Source: Planctomycetota bacterium (GTDB lineage: Bacteria > Planctomycetota > GCA-002687715 > DRQF01). Taken from it: DNA of 15,304 nt. Where the stretch lies: assembly GCA_036479435.1 (NCBI GenBank), contig JAZGFI010000146.1:1-15304 (forward strand). The letters run 5' to 3'. Both the position numbers and the translations under genes were made by a program. Under the pieces are notes generated by a model, which had not been told where the DNA came from, did no database searches, and saw only the letters and a list, made by a program, of their open reading frames with translations. Every line of letters starts with the position of its first letter. Within the stretch, counting starts at the first letter, position 1. Positions 1 to 6,052 of this stretch are shown here, piece by piece.

Positions 1-1356
1 TTAGACCACTGGTTCCTTGAAACTCACACCTCGGGCTACACCGCCTGGCGCGAAGAACTTGAGAACACGAGTTGGGCCGACCTGGTGTCCGACTCCGGTT
101 GCTCCCGGGAACAAATCGAGGCGGCCGGACGGCTGATCGCCCACGCCAAGGGTGTGGTGGCTATTTGGGGCAACGGTCTTTGCCAGCACGATCGCGGCTC
201 CGAGAAAGTCGCGGCGGTCTGCAACCTGTTGATGCTCGGTGGGCACCTTCGGCGGCGCGGCTCCGGCCTGTGGCCGGTGCGGGGGCAGGTCAACCTTGAA
301 GGCAGCAAGCGCATGGGCTGCCGATCCGAGGCCGGCAAGGACTTTCGCCGGGCGCTTGGCAAGGAATTTGAGTTCACCTTGCCACGCAAGAGAGGCCTCG
401 ACGTCCACGCGACCATCGACGCCCTGCACCAAGGCAAAGCCAAGGTCTTGTTGGCACTGGGCGGCAACCTGTTGGCCGCGAGCCCGGACACGGATGGCGT
501 CGCCGAGGCCTTGACCAACTGTGAACTCACGGTGTCGATCGCGACGCATCTCAACCGCTTTCATTTAGTACCCGGCCGGAGATCCCTGATCTTGCCCTGC
601 TTGTCGCGGACCGAATACGATCGGGTGAATGGCTCGCTGCAAGTGTCTTCCTGCGAAGATTCACTAGGCCAGGTGCAAGCTTCGCGCGGTGCGGTCGAGC
701 CGATCGGGAAAGAAATTCGCTCCGAGTCCGCGATCATTGCGGGTCTTGCGCTCGAAACCATCGGAGCGCAGCCGGGGTTTGCTTGGGACCGCTGGGGCCA
801 GAACAACAAGACCCTAAGATCGCGCATCACGAAAGTTGTGCCGAGTTACCACGACTACGAGTTGCGTTTGGCGCAAGCCGGCGGTTTTTCGGCCACTCCT
901 AAGGAAACGCTCGCGGCAACAACTGAGTTCGGAACTGAAGACGGCAAGGCTCAGTTTTGCCTCGACGCTCAACCCGGGGCGGAGCCCAATCTTGGCGGCG
1001 GTCGATTCTTGTTGACGACTTTGCGAAGCCACGGCCAGTTCAACTCTCAGATCCTGAGCTTGGACGATCGGCCGCGTGGTATCTTTGGCGAGCGTCGTAT
1101 CTTGATGATGAACCGTCGTGAGATGCGAGACTACGGCTTCCAGCCCGGCGAGGCCGTCGAAATCGTCTCAGAGTATGACGGCGTCGAGCGCCGCGTCTCG
1201 CGCTTTCATTGCGTGCCCTGCGAGATCCCCCGCGGTGGCGTTGCCGCATATTTTCCCGAGGCCAATCCACTTTTTCCGAGTATCGGTCATGATGCTGGGG
1301 ACGAGGCCGCGCCGAAATCGCTCGTGGTCACGGTGTCCTCGAGCCCATGGAGCTAG
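1..1356 (+). CDS. FdhF/YdeP-family molybdopterin oxidoreductase, C-terminal part (5'-truncated by the window)
   Basis: Frame 1 is open from base 1 (LDHWFLETHTSGY...TSWADLVSDSG), so the start at 85 is internal. Family-like motifs: WGNGLCQH, PVRGQVNLEG, LALGGNL..ASPDT, LTVSIATHLNRFHL, ILPCLSRTEYD, TLRSHGQFN, AAYFPEANPL. Stop TAG at 1354-1356. Confidence 0.88.
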   Translation, partial: LDHWFLETHTSGYTAWREELENTSWADLVSDSGCSREQIEAAGRLIAHAKGVVAIWGNGLCQHDRGSEKVAAVCNLLMLGGHLRRRGSGLWPVRGQVNLEGSKRMGCRSEAGKDFRRALGKEFEFTLPRKRGLDVHATIDALHQGKAKVLLALGGNLLAASPDTDGVAEALTNCELTVSIATHLNRFHLVPGRRSLILPCLSRTEYDRVNGSLQVSSCEDSLGQVQASRGAVEPIGKEIRSESAIIAGLALETIGAQPGFAWDRWGQNNKTLRSRITKVVPSYHDYELRLAQAGGFSATPKETLAATTEFGTEDGKAQFCLDAQPGAEPNLGGGRFLLTTLRSHGQFNSQILSLDDRPRGIFGERRILMMNRREMRDYGFQPGEAVEIVSEYDGVERRVSRFHCVPCEIPRGGVAAYFPEANPLFPSIGHDAGDEAAPKSLVVTVSSSPWS

Positions 1357-2102
1357 GTGTGAGCCACAAAGAGAACAACGCGCCCAAGTTCCTGCCTTAT
1401 CAGCCTTCGCCCGTCGACGTCAGCGACGGCTTGCACGCAGGCGAGCGCTTCTACGAGTTCATGAACGCCCGCCGCAGCGTGCGTTTTTTCTCTGATCGCG
1501 AAGTGCCGAGGTCGATGATCGAACTGGCCATCCGAACGGCATCGACCGCTCCCTCGGGAGCACATCACCAGCCCTGGACCTTTGTGGCCGTGAGCGACCC
1601 CGCCATCAAAAAGCAGATCCGCTTGGCGGCGGAGGCGGAGGAGAAAAAAAGCTACGCGGGTCGAATGCCCCCGGAGTGGCTAGCGGCGCTAAGTCCGATC
1701 GGAACGACCTGGGAAAAACCTTTCTTGGAAACGGTGCCGTGGATTGTCGTGGCCTTCGAACAGCGACATGGCCTTAACGAAGATGGCTCGGTCAAAAAGA
1801 ACTACTACGTTCGTGAGAGCGTGGGCATCGCCTGCGGACTGTTCATCGCAGCGATCCATCAGATGGGCCTGTCGACGCTGACGCACACACCGAGTCCGAT
1901 GAAGTTCTTATCGAAGATCTTGGGGCGACCTCAGAACGAACAGCCCTTTATCCTATTTCCCGTCGGCTACCACGCTGACGATTGCGTCGTGCCCAACTTG
2001 CATCGCAAGGCACTCGACGAAGTCGCCGTGTGGAATCCGTCACCGGCATCGCCGAAAACTGACGAAAAAACAACTGACCCCCACCGGGAGGATTCCCCAT
2101 GA
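1347..2102 (+). CDS. Nitroreductase-superfamily flavoprotein, iodotyrosine deiodinase (IYD) type
   Basis: RRSVRFFS, TAPSGAHHQPWTFV, lid EEKKSY...WEKPFL, ESVGIACG, LTHTPSPMKFL..IL.RP.NE.PF.LFPVGY are IYD-subgroup signatures. The start may be GTG 1359 (GGAG at 1349-1352, just past the upstream stop) rather than ATG 1347. Confidence 0.9.
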   Translation: MELGVSHKENNAPKFLPYQPSPVDVSDGLHAGERFYEFMNARRSVRFFSDREVPRSMIELAIRTASTAPSGAHHQPWTFVAVSDPAIKKQIRLAAEAEEKKSYAGRMPPEWLAALSPIGTTWEKPFLETVPWIVVAFEQRHGLNEDGSVKKNYYVRESVGIACGLFIAAIHQMGLSTLTHTPSPMKFLSKILGRPQNEQPFILFPVGYHADDCVVPNLHRKALDEVAVWNPSPASPKTDEKTTDPHREDSP

Positions 2103-2707
2103 TGGCCACGCGCCGCCTTTTCACCTTGTTGTTACTGGCTTTGACCCTTGGACTCGGCGCATGCGAAACTTTCGCTCCGCAACCGGAACCCGACGAAACT
2201 TTTGACGCCGAGTTAGTGGAACTTGCCGACTGGATGAGCGGAAGTTTTGAGACCGCCAAGCCACCGGCTGCGAGTGGAATGAACTACCGCGGTTTCCAGC
2301 TTGAGACCGCAGAGATATGGACCGACCGAAAAGATGGTCTTTGGTTGTACTCCGAGCAGGCTGCCGCGGGCTCTCCCGACCGGCCTTTTCGGCAGCGCGT
2401 CTATCATCTGAGCCGCGGTGGGGATGGCGCGATCATCTCTGAGATCTATTCCTTGCCCAACGGCGGAAGAGGCCATCTCGGGGCCTACAAAAATCCCAGC
2501 CTCTTCAGCAACATCGACCCTTCGAAACTGCAGTCGCAGGAAAAAGGTCACATGGTTTTGCGGCGGATGGGACCACGAACTTTCCTCGGCTCGACCCAAG
2601 GCAATACGGGAATGAACTCTCAGCTAACGGTCACCCCGATCGAAATGCAATGGAGTGGCTCAGGGTCCGAAGATGCGACGCAGGTGTTCTTGAAGAAAGG
2701 GATCTAG
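2099..2707 (+). CDS. CpcT/CpeT (chromophore lyase)-like beta-barrel lipoprotein
   Basis: Signal peptide II with lipobox (LLLLALTLGLGA-C); WMSGSF, IWTDRKDGLWLYSEQA and RPFRQRVYHL resemble the CpcT/CpeT family. ATGA overlap with the upstream stop; GGGAGG RBS. Confidence 0.75.
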   Translation: MMATRRLFTLLLLALTLGLGACETFAPQPEPDETFDAELVELADWMSGSFETAKPPAASGMNYRGFQLETAEIWTDRKDGLWLYSEQAAAGSPDRPFRQRVYHLSRGGDGAIISEIYSLPNGGRGHLGAYKNPSLFSNIDPSKLQSQEKGHMVLRRMGPRTFLGSTQGNTGMNSQLTVTPIEMQWSGSGSEDATQVFLKKGI

Positions 2708-2723
2708 GGCCTCCCAAGGCCAT

Positions 2724-3074
2724 TTAGGATCGCGGTTGTTTGCGCAGCTCGGCGACAAAGATCTCACGGTCAGTGGGGCCGCGGTACTGGTCGCCGGGGC
2801 CCCAGACGCGGTGAGCGAACTCGTGGCAAGACCTACAGAGTTTGACGTAGCGGCTGCGGACCGCGCGGTCTTTGCCGCCATCCTCAGCAATTGGCACAAG
2901 GTGGTGCCGCGTCATCAGTTCGCTTTGGTGACAAATGGGGCATTCGCTGGACGAGCGCACCTTGCTGGAAAAGGTACACCAGCTGTCGCCGAATCGAATC
3001 CAGACTTCGCGCAGCAGCTCATCGTCGCTGACTTTCGCCATTTCGAAACGGTTAATAGAGACGTCTTTCGTCAC
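2724..3074 (-). CDS. Small HNH-endonuclease-like zinc-binding protein
   Basis: CPIC...RHHLVP...LCRSCHEFAH has the CxxC..HH..P..LCxxCH..H pattern of small HNH proteins. GTG start with AGGAAG upstream; converges on the CpcT-like gene. Confidence 0.7.
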   Translation of the reverse strand: MTKDVSINRFEMAKVSDDELLREVWIRFGDSWCTFSSKVRSSSECPICHQSELMTRHHLVPIAEDGGKDRAVRSRYVKLCRSCHEFAHRVWGPGDQYRGPTDREIFVAELRKQPRS

Positions 3075-3095
3075 GGCTCACTTCCTATGAATAAT

Positions 3096-3131
3096 GCAGC
3101 CCGCGGTTTCGCTGAAGAAGCCGCGGGCTGC
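3096..3131 (-). terminator. GC-rich stem-loop downstream of the HMA gene (candidate intrinsic terminator)
   Basis: GCAGCCCGCGG (3096-3106) and CCGCGGGCTGC (3121-3131) form a perfect 11-bp inverted repeat 25 nt after the stop at 3157. On the minus strand it is followed by AUUAUUCAU, a weak U tract. Confidence 0.55.
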
Positions 3132-3156
3132 CGTAACTAATCTTGATGCGAGCCGA

Positions 3157-3543
3157 TCAGGGCTTGGCCGCGGTGATGCCCTTAACCTCATAACGGGTCT
3201 CGGAGAGGGCTGCGACGCAATCATCGCCACTGATCTTGCCGCCTTTGCCGACGGTGACTCTCGCCGTGCCCGCGGCGACGTCAATTTCGACTGATTCAAC
3301 TTTGTCGATTTTTTGGGTCAAGACACTCTTGACCTTGCTTCCGCACATCTTCATTCAGCTCATGCCCTCGACCTGGACCGTGTAGGTCCCCGGTCCGTGG
3401 ACTTCTTGCATGTCGGCAGAAGCGTTGGTTTCGACTTCTGCGTTCTTGGCGGAGACGTCTTCGTAGCTTGCGTAGCAAGAGATCGTAAGCAGGGCCAAGG
3501 CGATGGTGGTCACCGTCAGCCGGAACAGATTCAATGTTTTCAT
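3157..3543 (-). CDS. HMA (MerP/CopZ-like) domain lipoprotein, probable selenoprotein (Sec63, in-frame TGA at 3355-3357), 128 aa
   Basis: Track ORFs 3355-3543 and 3157-3354 are in the same frame and abut. Joined they read ...TYTVQVEGMS-U-MKMCGSKVKSVLTQKIDKVESVEIDVAAGTARVTV...ALSETRYEV, a complete HMA-like pattern. GGAG RBS 6 nt before ATG 3543; signal peptide ending LLTIS-C; SECIS-like hairpin downstream of the TGA. Confidence 0.85.
3316..3334 (-). promoter_or_regulatory. Bacterial SECIS-like hairpin
   Basis: mRNA reads UGA-AUGAAGAUGUGCGGAAGCAA-GGUCAAGA-GUG-UCUUGACC: a perfect 8-bp stem, a loop starting with G, and 28 nt between the UGA and the loop. This fits the bacterial SECIS model (G in the first two loop positions, loop about 16-37 nt from the UGA). 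Confidence 0.78.
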
Positions 3544-3579
3544 GGCGTTCTCCAGTTTGGTGTCCAGATCGCACCACCG

Positions 3580-3612
3580 AGTCTTGACGATAGTGCTCCT
3601 ACAATCAAGGCT
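3580..3612. promoter_or_regulatory. Imperfect dyad / candidate overlapping divergent promoters between the HMA and sulfatase genes
   Basis: AGTCTTGACGATAG-TGCTC-CTACAATCAAGGCT, with 10 of 14 arm positions complementary. It gives TTGACG-N17-AAGGCT on + and TTGATT-N17-AAGACT on -. Confidence 0.35.
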
Positions 3613-3639
3613 TAGGCCAGGGTTACCTGGAGAACCGCG

Positions 3640-5139
3640 ATGTCTTTGTTTGAGCTTGTTGACCGTTACTTCCTCATTATCTGCGGCTTAGGTGTGTTCG
3701 GCGCGAGTCTACCCGCCCAAGACCGGGTCGCGCCGCCGCGAATCGCCGCAAAACCCAATGTCGTCTTTATCATGGCGGACGATCTCGGCTACGGCGAGCT
3801 GGGTTGCTACGGCCAGACCAAGATCAAGACTCCTCACATCGATCGCTTGGCGAAGCAGGGGATGCGCTTTTTGGATCACTACAGTGGGGCTCCGGTTTGT
3901 GCCCCGGCTCGTTGTGTACTGATGACGGGTAAGAAGCTTTCCCACGCCGCGGTGCGGGGCAATCGCGAGGTGCAGCCCGAAGGTCAGTGGCCGATCGCGG
4001 ACAAAGAAGTCACCGTGGCGGAGATTCTAAAGCAGCGCGGCTACCGAACGGGCTGCGTTGGCAAGTGGGGCCTCGGGGCACCGGGCTCGGTCGGCGCTCC
4101 CAATGCGCAAGGCTTTGATTTTTTCTACGGATTCAACTGTCAACGCCAAGCCCACAACTTGTACCCGACCCACTTGTGGCTGAATGATCAAAAGCACCCG
4201 CTGAACAATCCCTCTTTTCGTGCGCACCAAAAACTCAAGGTGGCGCCCGATGACTACGCAAGGTTTCGAGGTAAAGAGTATGCGCCACACTTGATGATCA
4301 ACGCTGCACTCGCGTTTTTGCGGCGCGAGCAGGATCGCCCCTTCTTTTTGTTTTTGCCTTTCGTCGAACCCCACTTGGCCATGCAGCCGCCTCAGGTCTG
4401 GGTTGACCTTTACCCCGAAGAATGGGATCAAAAACCCTATCTCGGGCAGCGGGGTTACTTGCCACACCCGCGGCCGCGCGCGGGTTACGCCGCGATGATC
4501 AGTCACTTGGACGATCACGTCGGCCGTGTCGTCCGCCTGATTGACGCGTTAGGCCTTGGCGAGAACACCCTCATCATCTTCACCAGCGACAACGGTCCGA
4601 CCCACGACGTCGGTGGCGTCCAAACTGAGTTTTTCAACAGCGCCGGCCCGCTTCGCGGCCGCAAAGGATCTGTCTTTGAAGGCGGAATTCGCGTCCCCAC
4701 GGTGGCTCGTTGGACGGGGAAAATAAAGCCCGGCTCGACGACCAAGATCATCTCGGCCTTTGAGGATTGGATGCCGACTCTCGCCGAGCTGGCCCAAGCC
4801 AAAACTCCCGTCAGGGCAGCCAATTCTGGCCAAGGCATCAGTCTGTTGCCCACAATTTTGGGCCGCCCCGGCCAGCAATCGCGCGAGTATCTGTCTTGGG
4901 AGTTTTACGGCTACGGCGGACAACAAGCGGTTCGCATGGGACCATGGAAAGCCGTCCGGCAGCGCTTGCACCGCGGCAACCAAAAAATCATGCTCTTCAA
5001 TCTCAAAGACGACCTCGGCGAAAAAACCGACGTCGCCGTCGAGCACCCCAAGATCGTTCGCCGGATGGACTGGATCATGCGCAACGACCGCCGCGCCAAC
5101 CCCGCCTTCCCCGTCGAGATGCTTGACCAAGAAAAGTAG
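3640..5139 (+). CDS. Formylglycine-dependent (Cys-type, S1 family) arylsulfatase, probably exported
   Basis: KPNVVFIMADDLGYGELG, TPHIDRLA, CAPARCVLMTG (CxPxR, Cys87), GYRTGCVGKWGLG, FTSDNGP, LRGRKGSVFEGGIRVP, LFNLKDDLGE. Hydrophobic N-terminus; GGAG RBS. Confidence 0.95.
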   Translation: MSLFELVDRYFLIICGLGVFGASLPAQDRVAPPRIAAKPNVVFIMADDLGYGELGCYGQTKIKTPHIDRLAKQGMRFLDHYSGAPVCAPARCVLMTGKKLSHAAVRGNREVQPEGQWPIADKEVTVAEILKQRGYRTGCVGKWGLGAPGSVGAPNAQGFDFFYGFNCQRQAHNLYPTHLWLNDQKHPLNNPSFRAHQKLKVAPDDYARFRGKEYAPHLMINAALAFLRREQDRPFFLFLPFVEPHLAMQPPQVWVDLYPEEWDQKPYLGQRGYLPHPRPRAGYAAMISHLDDHVGRVVRLIDALGLGENTLIIFTSDNGPTHDVGGVQTEFFNSAGPLRGRKGSVFEGGIRVPTVARWTGKIKPGSTTKIISAFEDWMPTLAELAQAKTPVRAANSGQGISLLPTILGRPGQQSREYLSWEFYGYGGQQAVRMGPWKAVRQRLHRGNQKIMLFNLKDDLGEKTDVAVEHPKIVRRMDWIMRNDRRANPAFPVEMLDQEK

Positions 5140-5157
5140 TCAGTGCTTCTTAGCGGT

Positions 5158-5655
5158 CTAAGTGCGGACACCATTTTCGCGGCAGCGTTCTAAGATGAAG
5201 TCCTTCATGGCGTCCGCAGCGGCGTGGGGGGGGAAGAGGACGCTGACATCGCGAACGATCTCAAACAGCCACACGTCCGAGTGGCGCCAGAGCTGCTTGA
5301 GGTCGGACCAAGCGTAGGACTGCTCGCCGGAATCGAGATGTACCGTGAGGCGGTCGGTGCCGGCGCGAAAGCGAATGGTCTGGCTGGGAGATTGTCTTAA
5401 CCACAGCGCGTAGGTGTGATCGACCGCGCGTTTGAAACGAAGCCATCGCGCCGCAGCCGCGGCCGCGCAGATCAATAGGACTAAGCTCCATGCCAATCCG
5501 CTGCGGTTAGCTTCGTCGCCGAAGATCCCGATGGATAGGCCGAGCGCAAGGATTACGAAGAGGGAGCCCACCAAGATCAGGCCCTTCCACAAATGGTCGC
5601 GTCTTAGACCATTTCGAAGGAACTGGCGGTCGAATTGGAACTTGAGATCGTGCAC
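5158..5655 (-). CDS. YcxB-like membrane protein (2 TM helices plus C-terminal beta domain)
   Basis: Two hydrophobic segments (GLILVGSLFVILALGLSIGIF; LAWSLVLLICAAAAAA) followed by LTVHLDSGEQSYAWSDLKQLW..SDVWLF...VLFP, which resembles the YcxB C-terminal domain. GTG start is uncertain. Confidence 0.65.
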   Translation of the reverse strand: MHDLKFQFDRQFLRNGLRRDHLWKGLILVGSLFVILALGLSIGIFGDEANRSGLAWSLVLLICAAAAAARWLRFKRAVDHTYALWLRQSPSQTIRFRAGTDRLTVHLDSGEQSYAWSDLKQLWRHSDVWLFEIVRDVSVLFPPHAAADAMKDFILERCRENGVRT

Positions 5656-5666
5656 TCAGCTAGTCC

Positions 5667-5873
5667 CTAATCCTGCCCAGGATGCGGGCGTTGGCGACCA
5701 ACCCTCGCCGCGAGCATCACGATCACGGTGAGCGCGGCTACAAACCAAATGTGCTCGGAGGCAAGAACATGACCGGTGGCCAAGTCTTCCAGCTCGTGGT
5801 GGCCATCGTGAGCCGTGGCGCTGCTAGCCAGGATTCCGATGCAAAACATCTTGCAAATCCATGTTTTCAGCAT
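5667..5873 (-). CDS. Small exported/membrane-anchored His-rich peptide (68 aa), hypothetical
   Basis: ATG 5873 is preceded by AAAGAGGACAAG, a better start than 5963. MLKTWICKMFCIGILASSATA|HDGHHELEDLATGHVLASEH followed by a TM helix (IWFVAALTVIVMLAA) and a basic tail. Confidence 0.6.
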   Translation of the reverse strand: MLKTWICKMFCIGILASSATAHDGHHELEDLATGHVLASEHIWFVAALTVIVMLAARVGRQRPHPGQD

Positions 5874-6052
5874 CTTGTCCTCTTTGGGCCTTTCGTTCGT
5901 CACTCTTGCGTCGCCCTGGGCTCGAAAACTCAAGAGAATTCCCCAAGCGCTTCGCTCAAGCACTAAGGTAGCCGTTTCTCCGCGGTTTAGGAATGGGAAT
6001 GGCGGCTTGCCTGGCGTTTGAGCGACCCGTAATCTGAACTTAGGAAAACCCT

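Noticed and set aside
2736..3140. 134-aa + strand ORF
   Set aside because: Antisense shadow of the HNH-like gene, with no recognisable motif.
3157..3543. Reading the HMA locus as a pseudogene or as two small genes
   Set aside because: The stop is TGA exactly at the motif Cys position, a SECIS-like hairpin follows, and both halves look otherwise intact; recoding explains all three. Not formally excluded without the sel genes.
4027..5174. Long antisense and alternate-frame ORFs over the sulfatase (likewise over the FdhF, PhyH, cheA, cheW and MCP genes)
   Set aside because: Typical shadow ORFs of GC-rich coding DNA; the overlapping frame has clear family motifs.
5874..5963. Longer N-terminus (98-aa version) of the small His-rich ORF
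   Set aside because: ATG 5873 has a good RBS and starts a signal-peptide-like segment; the extension has neither.
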